IMG/VR virus record: IMGVR_UViG_3300009031_000368
Coordinates: 32,001-96,000 of that record
Length of the DNA: 64,000 bases
Direction: 5' to 3' (one strand)
Origin: a virus
Lineage: Duplodnaviria; Caudoviricetes
Both the position numbers and the translations under genes were made by a program. Shown piece by piece: positions 27,419 to 37,300 of the stretch (position 1 is the first letter of the stretch; each line of letters starts with the position of its first letter). The notes under the pieces were generated by a model. The model had not been told where the DNA came from. It ran no database searches and saw nothing but the letters and a program-made list of their open reading frames with translations.

Positions 27419-27955
27419 TTAGAATACCTTTAGTAAATCTTTTACCGTTAATTCTTCAATACCATCTATGGTTACTTCTAATTCCATTACCGATATCTCT
27501 CCCTGGCTGGCATCAAAATCACTACCAGGTTTATATCTAACAGGAAGACATCCTTCCAATTTCCACATTCTTGCCGGCACAAAATTTAAATCAACAGGTC
27601 CAGGAAATGCAACCGGGATATCTAGCAATTTAACTCTTGCAAGATGAATCAATACCATGTCACGGCGAGGACTATTGACACCCTCAATGACATCCATAAT
27701 CCAATCCCAGAAATTACTATCGTAAAACCTCACACCTCTTGAAAGAGTCAGATTACTTACACTGGCTTTTCCTGTTACTTTTTTTGTAAATTGAGCCGTT
27801 CCATCGGTAATGTCTTCTGACGCGATTGTGATTTCAGGCAGACTACAGGCAGAAAATCCAAGCAGTGGATTCAGCCCCCAGGAAGGGAATGGTGTCAGCG
27901 TTGTAACCCAAAATGAATCATTCTTGAGCAGATCGAAAATTCTTAGGCGTGCCAT
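27419..27955 (-). CDS. tail tube-like protein 2 (gp19 family)
   Basis: GFS.CSLPEI, NLTLSRGV, W.L.GCLP.RYK...FDA..GE+.+.ELE+. Confidence 0.85.
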   Translation of the reverse strand: MARLRIFDLLKNDSFWVTTLTPFPSWGLNPLLGFSACSLPEITIASEDITDGTAQFTKKVTGKASVSNLTLSRGVRFYDSNFWDWIMDVIEGVNSPRRDMVLIHLARVKLLDIPVAFPGPVDLNFVPARMWKLEGCLPVRYKPGSDFDASQGEISVMELEVTIDGIEELTVKDLLKVF

Positions 27956-27958
27956 TTA

Positions 27959-28435
27959 TTATCGCTTTAGGGTAGCCAGTTGTCTGTTTAACTCGGCAAG
28001 ACGTTTGTCGACGTCGTCAAGTTGTTTGACGAGTCTACTCCGTTCAGACTTAACAGAGTCAATAGATGCTTCAACCTGCCAGATGTCAGCCTGTCTTGTT
28101 TCATTAGATTTTGCATTCATTAACTCTTTAGTCAGCTTTGCAAAATACTCTTCCATCTTACGTTGCGCACCTGGCGTCAAATGATTGTAACCAACATCTG
28201 TTATGACATTTTTAGCATCGGCAATCCAATATGCGCCTTTTAAATTAACGTATACGTTCCCAATGAATGATTTGCCACGCACATCGAACTTTTCTGTACC
28301 ATTGCGCCCATCACCTGTGTACATTACGTAAGATGACGCATTGATTTGAAATAACTTCTTGCCATACTGTGTATCGATAATTTCGCTATGGATTTGTCCT
28401 TCTGACAACACACTTCTCATAATTCGTTGCTTCAT
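27959..28435 (-). CDS. putative internal head protein (MKQRIMRSVL leader)
   Basis: Leader MKQRIMRSVLSE; C-terminal coiled coil. Confidence 0.6.
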   Translation of the reverse strand: MKQRIMRSVLSEGQIHSEIIDTQYGKKLFQINASSYVMYTGDGRNGTEKFDVRGKSFIGNVYVNLKGAYWIADAKNVITDVGYNHLTPGAQRKMEEYFAKLTKELMNAKSNETRQADIWQVEASIDSVKSERSRLVKQLDDVDKRLAELNRQLATLKR

Positions 28436-28440
28436 ATCAG

Positions 28441-28932
28441 TTAATCCTTTATACCAAGTACGATTTTAAGTCGGTTGATCTCTTTATCAATATTGGCAAG
28501 ATTATCGGCCACATGTTGACGATCTCTCACTAGCTCATCATATCGCTTTTGTGCCTTCAACTGCTCTGGCGTTACAATGCTGTTTTGATGTTTTCCAGAC
28601 CAATCTCTAACGATCTGAAGCATTTCATTCCGCATAAACTTTTCAGCCGATGGTGTCGGAACGTTGTTACCACGCCCCCTCCAATAGCTTTCTTGATAAT
28701 CGTAATTGAACCCGCCACGTTGATCAAGCGTATAATCTGCATGTCCTTCTAATTGCTTACCACGAATTGCAAAATCTATGTCTTTATATTCATTCTTGTG
28801 AGGCCCAAGCCATACACGGATATGATACCTGTTGATAAGTTCAATAACGACATTGCCTAGCTTTGGAATACGGATTGTTTCTGACGGAAGTGCCGACTCA
28901 CACAACACTGAACGCATTATTCGTTGCTTCAT
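28441..28932 (-). CDS. putative internal head protein (MKQRIMRSVL leader); start corrected from 29064
   Basis: ATG at 28932 overlaps the upstream TGA; leader MKQRIMRSVLCES. Confidence 0.65.
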   Translation of the reverse strand: MKQRIMRSVLCESALPSETIRIPKLGNVVIELINRYHIRVWLGPHKNEYKDIDFAIRGKQLEGHADYTLDQRGGFNYDYQESYWRGRGNNVPTPSAEKFMRNEMLQIVRDWSGKHQNSIVTPEQLKAQKRYDELVRDRQHVADNLANIDKEINRLKIVLGIKD

Positions 28933-29255
28933 CGTCTGTAATGTCCTATTGAAGATTCCTTGAGTTTTACCGTCATGGCAACACGCCACATATCGCCTTT
29001 TCGCTGTATCTTTGATTCCAATACAACTACATCTGAGCTTTTGGCCAACAGTTCCTTCTTCCAATCCTTGCCAAGCTTCAGAATGAAATTATGTGCCGCA
29101 TCCGACATTCCGCCCAATGTTACCAACTGAACACTGACACCATCATCAAGTGCAAACGCTTCATCGACTAGATGGGTAAGGCTTTGTTCATCGTGCCAAA
29201 GGTATTGTAATCTGTATGTCGCAGCAGATACCGCGTATTGTTGCAAATCAGTCAT
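28929..29255 (-). CDS. hypothetical protein, 108 aa; start corrected to MTDLQQ
   Basis: ATG 2 nt after the tube stop codon; the longer track ORF overlaps the tube gene. Confidence 0.6.
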   Translation of the reverse strand: MTDLQQYAVSAATYRLQYLWHDEQSLTHLVDEAFALDDGVSVQLVTLGGMSDAAHNFILKLGKDWKKELLAKSSDVVVLESKIQRKGDMWRVAMTVKLKESSIGHYRR

Positions 29256-29256
29256 A

Positions 29257-29760
29257 TCAGCTACCCGCTCCAAGTTCGGCATATTCGTAGGTGATGTCCA
29301 ACTCTTGAAGTCCAACATCTTCCGATTGCGCATCCAGATCAGCGGCAAGCTTAACCCTTGTAGGAAATGCTTCAAAACACTTATACAGCCTGGCCTTACT
29401 GAAATCAAGCTTATCGCCGCGTTGAAAATGGTATATGGTTACATCAGCTCGGTATTCCTCACCTTTTACAACCTTACCGATAATCCAGTCATAAAACGCA
29501 GTATCGGATTTCATAACACCACGATTCATGCTCAGCGTATCGCTCCATGTTGGTGCCCCAGGATACTTCCGCTTATAGGTATCAATACCTTCCTTGTATT
29601 CTACCGGGTTAACGGAAATCTCCGGCACACCGACTGTGCTGAATCCAGCCTGAGCGCCAGATGGATCTGTATACTTCATCGCATCAGTGCCGTCAGCCAT
29701 AAAAGCTTCAGCATGAAATTTCATATTTGATAGTGGGTCTGTCGCTTGTGCGCGTGCCAT
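29257..29760 (-). CDS. major tail tube protein (T4 gp19-like)
   Basis: DP.....F, GFSTVG.PE+....VEYKEG, K.PG......+.+.RG+, FY.W, E+.+TYE; GGAG RBS. Confidence 0.9.
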   Translation of the reverse strand: MARAQATDPLSNMKFHAEAFMADGTDAMKYTDPSGAQAGFSTVGVPEISVNPVEYKEGIDTYKRKYPGAPTWSDTLSMNRGVMKSDTAFYDWIIGKVVKGEEYRADVTIYHFQRGDKLDFSKARLYKCFEAFPTRVKLAADLDAQSEDVGLQELDITYEYAELGAGS

Positions 29761-29810
29761 AATGATTCTCCATTAACCGTTAAATACTTTCATGCAATCA
29801 ATTGCACATG

Positions 29811-30071
29811 TTACCGGACGATCCGCATTGTCCTGATTCCGAACTGCTTGGCCCATGAGTCTCTAAAGCGTGATAGTGCCGATGAATAATCAAGGAATGT
29901 AGCGGCTGGCTTTTCTGCCATCCAAGCTCGATATAGCTCCGGTTTGTCGTCACATTCTTTTAGCAGTTTGTGGAACTTGGCCAATTCGGCATGCAGCTCT
30001 TCAGTCATTTTATTTATCTGCCGTGACGACATGGCTACTTCGTCAAGTGTTGATTCTGTAATACGTCTCAT
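29811..30071 (-). CDS. small protein, 86 aa, MRRITES leader
   Basis: AGGAA RBS. Confidence 0.65.
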   Translation of the reverse strand: MRRITESTLDEVAMSSRQINKMTEELHAELAKFHKLLKECDDKPELYRAWMAEKPAATFLDYSSALSRFRDSWAKQFGIRTMRIVR

Positions 30072-30079
30072 GGTTGTTC

Positions 30080-30568
30080 CTATATCAACAGGCTAGATGT
30101 ATCGCGACTTGCGTATACGATCCTAACCATATGTTCTACGTTTGAATTGTCTGTACTGGTCAGCGATAAATACCAACCTGGTTCTACCACGATATTCAGA
30201 TCAGAATAAAACACATTCGTTTCATTGGTTCCACTGTAAATGTCTATCGTGTCATCGCCATCAGTCAGGCTTAATGTCCATACCGATTGACCGCCAAGCA
30301 CCATCGCTATTTGCCGGATCCGCTGAAACGATTCCTGGTGTCTATCCGGAACGCCTAGCAATTTCTTGTAGCGATTTCTGTCACCGACAAGATCAAACAT
30401 CCCACCTGTATCATCGGCAGGATACTCAATAGTAGCTTCCGGGCCTGTTGAAGCGCCAACGGCATCTGTCGGATATACTGGTGTTGTCGTTGGTAGTGTT
30501 CCATCCCATACCTGGCCGATATTTAATCGCTGAACGATAACCTTTATCGGCGATTTAATGATTGCCAT
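30080..30568 (-). CDS. hypothetical virion protein, 162 aa
   Basis: Packed ORF between sheath and tube. Confidence 0.65.
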   Translation of the reverse strand: MAIIKSPIKVIVQRLNIGQVWDGTLPTTTPVYPTDAVGASTGPEATIEYPADDTGGMFDLVGDRNRYKKLLGVPDRHQESFQRIRQIAMVLGGQSVWTLSLTDGDDTIDIYSGTNETNVFYSDLNIVVEPGWYLSLTSTDNSNVEHMVRIVYASRDTSSLLI

Positions 30569-30571
30569 AAG

Positions 30572-30907
30572 TTACCAGCTTGATGCCTTCCCAGTTTTGC
30601 CGACTCTGATAAAGAACGTCTGACTGAACGTAATGTCATCAGATGCAACATTCATTATGTCTAATCCCCTAAACTCTGCCGACTCAAGAAACCCCTTTAA
30701 TCCTTTTTTAAGTTCAGATACCGTATGGGCTTTGTTTAGCTTTAGGGTAACTATGAAACCATCAGCAGCTTCTGTAACAAACGATTCAGCCGACACATAT
30801 TTTGCGTAAGCGGTTGGCCTAAATACAGACTTTACCACTTCCATTGTCACACGGTATGTATCGCCGGCAGCTTCTTTAAGTTTTGATATCAGTTTTAATC
30901 TATGCAT
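30572..30907 (-). CDS. hypothetical protein, 111 aa
   Basis: KLKEA, VTEA and FLES motifs. Confidence 0.65.
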   Translation of the reverse strand: MHRLKLISKLKEAAGDTYRVTMEVVKSVFRPTAYAKYVSAESFVTEAADGFIVTLKLNKAHTVSELKKGLKGFLESAEFRGLDIMNVASDDITFSQTFFIRVGKTGKASSW

Positions 30908-30910
30908 CTG

Positions 30911-33322
30911 TTATGCCGTTTTCTGTGACAGGTTAAACACTACAAACTCAGCCGGCTTGTGTGGCGCAAATCCGACGTCGATATTGACAACACCTTGATC
31001 GATTGATTCCTGCGGATTATTGGTACCATCTACAACGATGAAAAATGCTTCATCCTCAGTCTTGCCGGCAAAATAATTGTTGTTAAACAAATTCTTCATA
31101 AAGCTTTCAAGCTGAAGCTTAATCCGGGTCCAAAGCTGCGGGCCATTGTTTTCAAAAGGAACCCAATGCATCGCGTTATAGATTGACTTACTGAGATACA
31201 TGTAAAGCATTCTTGCCTGAATGTATTTATACTCATCATTGACGTCAAGCGTCCTGGCTCCCCATACCGCCGTTCCGATCCTGGTTCGTTTAATGATGGC
31301 ATTCAATCCTACGTCATTGGCCGTTCCAACCTCGCCATCTAGCGCATTGGATTCAAGTCCCAGCAGGTAGGCCAATTGTCCATCTTCTTTACCGGCTGGT
31401 GCCTTTGAAACGTTCTTATTACTTATCGTTCTAGCATATACGCCAGCCACATGACCGATTGGTGGCACAGTCTTTGACTTTTCTGTCACTGGGTCTATGA
31501 CTCTTATCCATGGCCAATAGATGGCTGCATATGTTGACAGCTTATTGAGCGTATTCTTTTTATAATTGACTGCCTGTTGAACCGTCATACCTGATGGTGT
31601 AGCCAGGATTGCAAACCTGTCACCCTTATCTTCACAAAAATCAACAATGGCACCATCTACCGTTTCATCACCGGCAAAATCAGGCACAACGATCAGCAGG
31701 TTATCTTCAATGGCGTTGAATGCAAAGATACCCTTTCCATCCGCCTCAAGACTTGCTGATGTTACATCGCTTGACGAAACGGCTGAGCCATCATCGCCAC
31801 CAGCCATTGTAACCGTATAAGTTGTTTCGGCCGGCTGCTTCACGTAATCGATTGTAACATCACTATCGGCAAGTGGTGCAGTGCTTAACGTGAATGCATA
31901 CACGCCGGTATCGTAATCGATCGTATTGTCGCCCGAACTATCAACATCACCAATCAAATTGCCAGAGCCATCATCGGTAATTGAAAGTTCAGAACTATCG
32001 GCCGCCGTTGCCGTAATGGTAACCGAATACTTGACACAGCTAGCTTCCGCCAATGTCCCTGTAACTTCTGTCGATCCATCGCTGCCATCAACCAATACTT
32101 CACCACTCACAGCTGTTCCAGACAGTGTGGTCGGAACACTATCATCAAATGATGGTGTTTGAACTTCAATAAGCGCCGAACCATTATCCTCATCATTTAC
32201 AACGTTTGGGAAATAATCGGCATCGTCTGAATCGGTAAAGCTCATAGCCTTAAACGATTCCTTTTGATTCCATTTTGCCTTGCTGGCATCATATTCTTCA
32301 ACAATGACGTCATACCGTGAGAATGTCCCAAGTCCGATGTTTTCATAATTGGGATTACCGGAAATCTTCACTCTAACATTATCACCAGATGCACCGGGCC
32401 ATAACATCACTATACGCCACAATGCTTCCGTGTATGCTGACGATACGATACCAAGACTTTCATGCGTTTCAATAGTTGATGATGTTTTGAACGAATACGC
32501 GCCAGTATCGTAATCTATCGTGTTGGTGCCGCCATCGTCTACATCCCCTTCAAGACTGCCTAATCCATCATCGGTAATAGTACGTTCAATAAGCTGTCTA
32601 TATGTGACTGTAATAGTTGTCCCTGTTTTAACCGGAGCACCAGTTGTATCAAGCTCAAGAAGACCGTTTACATAATCAAACGTTGTATTGGCCGGTGCGC
32701 CATCGCCAGCCCATTCACCGGTTGAATCTGTTTGTGATTTAGCAACGTCCGCTGCGTTTACCCAGTTAATCGTGACACTGCCAGGCTTAACCGGCAATGA
32801 GGCAAACGGCAAAACGGCGCCTTCACCATCGTCTGAACCAACTGTTTTCCATAACACGATGATTCCGTTCGCCTCATTGCCATCTTCGATTTCTTCATCC
32901 TCTGTTTCAGCACCATCGCCATAATAGGTAATTGACAACGTCGATGGAACAGGCTTGCCGGTTAACGTTCCAGAAAATTGAGTCGTTGCACCGTCACCAA
33001 CTTCAATATTTTCTTCAGCGCCAGCATTTTTTACATATAACGAAGACTCTACCGCGTCATCAGGCGTAGTGCGAACCACGTAAGCCTTAGAACCGCCATT
33101 TTTAAGGAAAGTATACAGTGATAGTGGAACCAGTCCATCTGCGGTAAATGTACCGAATCGATCGACAAATTGTCCCCAACTCGAAACAAGTGTTGCCTCG
33201 TGGTGCGGCCCCTTGGTCGTCCATCCAGCTATTCCGAGAGTAGACGATGACACGCCTTGGATTGGAGATGGAGCACCTTTTTTCTCATTAACATAAACGC
33301 CAGGGTATGTTACTTGTGCCAT
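30911..33322 (-). CDS. tail sheath protein, 803 aa
   Basis: YPGVYV.E, F..NGG...YVVR, YAAIYWPW, PP.GHVAGVYAR, KAPAG, WGART, FAP.KPAEFV. Confidence 0.97.
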   Translation of the reverse strand: MAQVTYPGVYVNEKKGAPSPIQGVSSSTLGIAGWTTKGPHHEATLVSSWGQFVDRFGTFTADGLVPLSLYTFLKNGGSKAYVVRTTPDDAVESSLYVKNAGAEENIEVGDGATTQFSGTLTGKPVPSTLSITYYGDGAETEDEEIEDGNEANGIIVLWKTVGSDDGEGAVLPFASLPVKPGSVTINWVNAADVAKSQTDSTGEWAGDGAPANTTFDYVNGLLELDTTGAPVKTGTTITVTYRQLIERTITDDGLGSLEGDVDDGGTNTIDYDTGAYSFKTSSTIETHESLGIVSSAYTEALWRIVMLWPGASGDNVRVKISGNPNYENIGLGTFSRYDVIVEEYDASKAKWNQKESFKAMSFTDSDDADYFPNVVNDEDNGSALIEVQTPSFDDSVPTTLSGTAVSGEVLVDGSDGSTEVTGTLAEASCVKYSVTITATAADSSELSITDDGSGNLIGDVDSSGDNTIDYDTGVYAFTLSTAPLADSDVTIDYVKQPAETTYTVTMAGGDDGSAVSSSDVTSASLEADGKGIFAFNAIEDNLLIVVPDFAGDETVDGAIVDFCEDKGDRFAILATPSGMTVQQAVNYKKNTLNKLSTYAAIYWPWIRVIDPVTEKSKTVPPIGHVAGVYARTISNKNVSKAPAGKEDGQLAYLLGLESNALDGEVGTANDVGLNAIIKRTRIGTAVWGARTLDVNDEYKYIQARMLYMYLSKSIYNAMHWVPFENNGPQLWTRIKLQLESFMKNLFNNNYFAGKTEDEAFFIVVDGTNNPQESIDQGVVNIDVGFAPHKPAEFVVFNLSQKTA

Positions 33323-33325
33323 GTC

Positions 33326-33517
33326 TTACTTCTTTCTAGAAACGACCACGTCGCCATTAGCCGGAATGCTTTTATTTATTAGACTTCCTGATTGCTGATA
33401 TCTGGCAATTTGATCTGAAACCTTTTCGATATCGAGGTATTGCCCTGTTTTAAGCAATACAACTTCACCAGACAGTAGACGGACAGGAATATCTTTCCTG
33501 CAATAGAATGTAGCCAT
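33326..33517 (-). CDS. small pre-sheath protein, 63 aa
   Basis: GAGG RBS; position. Confidence 0.55.
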   Translation of the reverse strand: MATFYCRKDIPVRLLSGEVVLLKTGQYLDIEKVSDQIARYQQSGSLINKSIPANGDVVVSRKK

Positions 33518-33549
33518 ATTGAAACCTCAAAATTTAATCTTATTAAAGA

Positions 33550-34245
33550 CTATGTGGTGCTAACTGTAAGGTCAACGGTTGTCGCAGCACTATATTCAAC
33601 GTCATCAAATATATCTATCTCGCCGAGAACTTTAACGGTGAAACTTACGCCGATATTTCTTTCAGCCACATTCATCAATTCGCTATTGCCGGTCGCTGAA
33701 TCCAAATACATGTCATACATTCGTTCTTCGTTAAGACTATCCATAACCGTCAATGAACCAAACTTTGGAAACTTCCTAGCCAGGAATACCTGCATTCTTA
33801 CCATATCTTCGCGCGTCGTAGCGGTTGCAATTATTTCATAATTGAAATCAAATGGCTGCGCGGCTTCACGCTGTTGGTATCTGGTAAACCCGGTAACTTC
33901 GACGCCAATACTATTTGTTACCGTTACCTGCTTGGATCCAGGTGCTGCCCACCTCCCACCGATTTGATTAGATCTAAAACGATCCATGGCAATCGATGGA
34001 ATGTCGGGTCTGATGGCAATGGATGGCAACAGATCGGGATAATACTTAACATCTACAGGTATGATTTTGACTGGTATTTTTTGATTGATTTCTTTTGGAC
34101 CAGTGACGCCGGGGATACTGACTGCGAACGAATAGAAGGTTTGGCCAGATTGTTTCCGACAAGTCTCAACAACTGAACCTAAATGTAGGATGATTCCTTT
34201 ATCAAAGCATTCTAAATCAACCTTTCCTGGTGCCGCCATTTGCAA
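33550..34245 (-). CDS. tail terminator / sheath stabiliser (gp15-like)
   Basis: QPFDFNYEI.A...EDM..M...+..KF; position upstream of the sheath. Confidence 0.55.
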   Translation of the reverse strand: MQMAAPGKVDLECFDKGIILHLGSVVETCRKQSGQTFYSFAVSIPGVTGPKEINQKIPVKIIPVDVKYYPDLLPSIAIRPDIPSIAMDRFRSNQIGGRWAAPGSKQVTVTNSIGVEVTGFTRYQQREAAQPFDFNYEIIATATTREDMVRMQVFLARKFPKFGSLTVMDSLNEERMYDMYLDSATGNSELMNVAERNIGVSFTVKVLGEIDIFDDVEYSAATTVDLTVSTT

Positions 34246-34633
34246 ACCTATCAGTTCTCTTTAACGTTCTTACGATTATTTTCTTACCTTGTGGTAACCT
34301 GCCTAAGTGTTGTCTGAATTCAGCGACAAGCGTATATCGTCCTTTGACAATCTTATTATAAGATACAAGGAAATCCATCTCCGGCTCTTTCCTTGCTATA
34401 AAGCGTCTTGATTCAATGCTGTTCAATTCATTGATCAAATCCACTACTGACTGCCGCTCAACACCCTTTCGGATATAAATGATATTCATACCGGCGATGA
34501 CGGCAACATCTTCAACGATTGGATTGTCTGCAATCAATTGCACCAGTATCCGCTTAAGTCGCCTTGCCTGGTTCATTATTTCAGACTCAATAACAAGATC
34601 ACGAACAGCCGTTAAACATTCTGTCAAATTCAT
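34217..34633 (-). CDS. putative internal head protein (L.AVRD leader); start corrected to MNLTECL
   Basis: ATGA overlap at 34630-34633. Confidence 0.6.
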   Translation of the reverse strand: MNLTECLTAVRDLVIESEIMNQARRLKRILVQLIADNPIVEDVAVIAGMNIIYIRKGVERQSVVDLINELNSIESRRFIARKEPEMDFLVSYNKIVKGRYTLVAEFRQHLGRLPQGKKIIVRTLKRTDRFANGGTRKG

Positions 34634-34935
34634 ATTCCACCTGTTCCATCTACAACGACATACCATCCATCATCAAGTTCTTGAATGCCGGTCGTTACTC
34701 CTTTAATGCTAAGACTACCATATATGTAATCGTCCAATCGCTCCGCCGTTCTTCTCGAATCGATCGGCCCAACCCTTATCAATTCAGACTTACGACTTAG
34801 ACCGATCGTCAATCCTCGAAGTTTTGACATCCTGGAAAGGATTCGATGCAATGAATCTATGTCGATAACTTGGTCTTCCAACAGGTAATCCTTCACGGCA
34901 TCTAGTTGCTCAAATAGCCTTGTATTGATCCTCAT
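34630..34935 (-). CDS. putative internal head protein (LDAVKDYLLE leader)
   Basis: Shared leader; TAATG coupling. Confidence 0.6.
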   Translation of the reverse strand: MRINTRLFEQLDAVKDYLLEDQVIDIDSLHRILSRMSKLRGLTIGLSRKSELIRVGPIDSRRTAERLDDYIYGSLSIKGVTTGIQELDDGWYVVVDGTGGI

Positions 34936-35711
34936 TACGATATGTCATCATCGACAACGACGACCCAACTATCGCCATTATTCCATTCTTGAACTCCGGC
35001 ATTTACATACTTATGCTTACTAAGTATGTATTTCATAATTTGGTTTGCGCGTCTTTCACTGTCCATCCATCCAATGACGATGACGTTTAATTCATCATTA
35101 ATACTGATGTCCCAACTTCGTAGCAGCGGATCCTGACTAAGTTCATGTCGAAGTTCTATCAAGTCGTTTCGCCGATGCCGTGATGAAATTGAACTTGATT
35201 CCGTCTGCCGTGGTGGTTCAATAACCCAGTACAGTGGTCGCGGGCCGGTTGGTGTTATTTCTGGATCTTGCTCAACCTTTGCAAAACCGCTAATGACAAG
35301 GCTTCCAACAGGGAACCGCTTCAGTGCATTACCATCCTTTACCTGAATAGGCTCTCCAAGTGTGGACACCTTCAGCTTCTCACTATCGTCAAAATAGCCC
35401 TTAACCACATTGATGGTTTTTCGTTTGGCATCAATCCATGCCGGCTTTCCACCAGTAAGCGCCAACTGTTTGATGATATTCCGCGGTATCTGCGCGGCAC
35501 CTATGATACCTTCCGATAGGATCGATTCACCCATTCGGCGCTTTCTTGCCTGTCTGGCTTGTTTATGTTTTTCTCTAACGGCCGAAACGATACCATGTGA
35601 CGCGGATTGTTCTTTAGTCTTTTTCTTGAATGGATTCCACCCCTCTTCAAGGTCATCCATTAAGAATTGTTTTACTGCTTCGAGTTGCCTGTTTACCACA
35701 TCATCACCCAT
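34935..35711 (-). CDS. putative internal head protein (LEAVKQFLM leader), multi-segment
   Basis: Shared leader; several LxE/xES sites. Confidence 0.6.
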   Translation of the reverse strand: MGDDVVNRQLEAVKQFLMDDLEEGWNPFKKKTKEQSASHGIVSAVREKHKQARQARKRRMGESILSEGIIGAAQIPRNIIKQLALTGGKPAWIDAKRKTINVVKGYFDDSEKLKVSTLGEPIQVKDGNALKRFPVGSLVISGFAKVEQDPEITPTGPRPLYWVIEPPRQTESSSISSRHRRNDLIELRHELSQDPLLRSWDISINDELNVIVIGWMDSERRANQIMKYILSKHKYVNAGVQEWNNGDSWVVVVDDDIS

Positions 35712-35717
35712 CTGTTA

Positions 35718-36611
35718 TTAAAAGTCAAACTCATCGAATTCAATCGACTCAGCTCTGGCCAACTGTTTCGCGCGTCCACGTTTTCCAGCTGCCGATAACT
35801 TATTGTGCCGCGCGGCTGACTTATCGGCTTTATCCTTTGTATCTTGTGCGTAGCTCTTGACGTTTTTCATCGTTACATCGAATCGCTTTGAATCAATCTC
35901 ACCACCTAGCGCCTTATCGCCGCGAACGTAATCGGCCTTACTGGATGAACCATGCGTTACCCGATTGGTATGGTTAAAGCGTCCTTTGGTGCGTCCAGGT
36001 TCAACTGAAGGCTCTGAACGAAGCGCCTTTTGAGGATTTGTCTTACTGGATTGACCACGAAGCCCCTTAGCACCAAGCGGCTTATCGGTATTTCGCTTAA
36101 TGGGATTATCTTTACCCTTTTTACGGGCAGCTCGTCCGCCAGGCTCACTCATCAAAACCTTTTTACCCGACTTAAAATAACTCTGTTCCCTGCCAAACGC
36201 CCAACTTGTTGCACGGCTTGGCTCAGAAAACATACCGGCTTCGTCATGGAATGGATTCGCCTCGTCAAGCTCATCTTCATCATATTGTTCAGATTCATCA
36301 AGATTTGGATCGTCTACCTGAATAACCCATCCGCCTTTCGACATTGCATGTACCGATGTCTCAGCACCATCTAACTCTCGCTCAATCGCACGAGCCGTAT
36401 ACTCCGCACTTTTCTTGCTAACAAAGCCGCTAGCCATAATTGAACGACCTGAAATAACGGATTCTATATCTTTATCATCGGATTCCTCTTCAACAACTTC
36501 TTGAACATCATCAAGGAAATCCTGAAGCTCACGACTCACCGCCTCCTCAAGATCTTCATGTTCACTAAGCAGGAAATCCCGCACATCGGTCAACCTATCG
36601 ATAAAACTCAT
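35718..36611 (-). CDS. putative internal head protein, acidic N-half and Lys/Arg-rich C-half
   Basis: Leader LTDVRDFLLSE; NPFHDEAG.F motif; basic tail. Confidence 0.6.
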   Translation of the reverse strand: MSFIDRLTDVRDFLLSEHEDLEEAVSRELQDFLDDVQEVVEEESDDKDIESVISGRSIMASGFVSKKSAEYTARAIERELDGAETSVHAMSKGGWVIQVDDPNLDESEQYDEDELDEANPFHDEAGMFSEPSRATSWAFGREQSYFKSGKKVLMSEPGGRAARKKGKDNPIKRNTDKPLGAKGLRGQSSKTNPQKALRSEPSVEPGRTKGRFNHTNRVTHGSSSKADYVRGDKALGGEIDSKRFDVTMKNVKSYAQDTKDKADKSAARHNKLSAAGKRGRAKQLARAESIEFDEFDF

Positions 36612-36628
36612 AACTCCTCCAAAACCTA

Positions 36629-37300
36629 TTAATAATTGTCGACAAGCGCCTGAGCCAGATGCTTGAGATATTTATTGACATCACCATTAACGAAATCAAT
36701 CCGGCGTATCATATTGGCGATACCGGTTTGTTCGTTCTTTGGTGCGCCGGCTATTGCTTCTATCACTACTTCATTGCTAATGATATGTGGCATCCCATCT
36801 TTTGACTTAAGTGTCCATTGCTGAAATGGAAGATCCTTCTCTTGAAAGAAGGTCTTCAAATAACGACTCATTCCTTTAAGATTAAGACTATCAAGGTCAA
36901 CACCAACAGATTCACTAACGATAGATTCTTCCCATGTATTTATCCGTCTAATGTTTCGTTCCGCTATTTCGTCTACCGCATCATCGATAACACTGTATAG
37001 GTTATCGTCTTGAACATCTTTTGTTACGTCAAGCTTCAGGATATCTCTACCTTTATTACTAATGGACAGTGGACGGACTTCATAAGTGTCTCGACCTGGC
37101 ATATATACGATAGATATCGCACCAATACGATGCCCATCAAGTTTGCTTTTTATATCGAATATCAGTCTATCTGATTCCGAATGTGTGATGCTATTAACGC
37201 CCCATCGCCGATATGCATTACTGTTTACTGCCAGTATTTGTGCTTCAATAGTTTTTGATATTTGTGACTCAAACAGTGAATTCATTATACGCTTCTTCAT
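36629..37300 (-). CDS. putative internal head protein (MKKRIMNSLFES leader), two domains
   Basis: Shared leader; internal WEESIVSES junction. Confidence 0.6.
   Translation of the reverse strand: MKKRIMNSLFESQISKTIEAQILAVNSNAYRRWGVNSITHSESDRLIFDIKSKLDGHRIGAISIVYMPGRDTYEVRPLSISNKGRDILKLDVTKDVQDDNLYSVIDDAVDEIAERNIRRINTWEESIVSESVGVDLDSLNLKGMSRYLKTFFQEKDLPFQQWTLKSKDGMPHIISNEVVIEAIAGAPKNEQTGIANMIRRIDFVNGDVNKYLKHLAQALVDNY

Noticed and set aside
28933-29408. Track N-terminal extensions of 28441-29064 and 28929-29408
   Set aside because: They overlap neighbouring genes; internal ATGs at 28932 and 29255 fit translational coupling and the shared leader.
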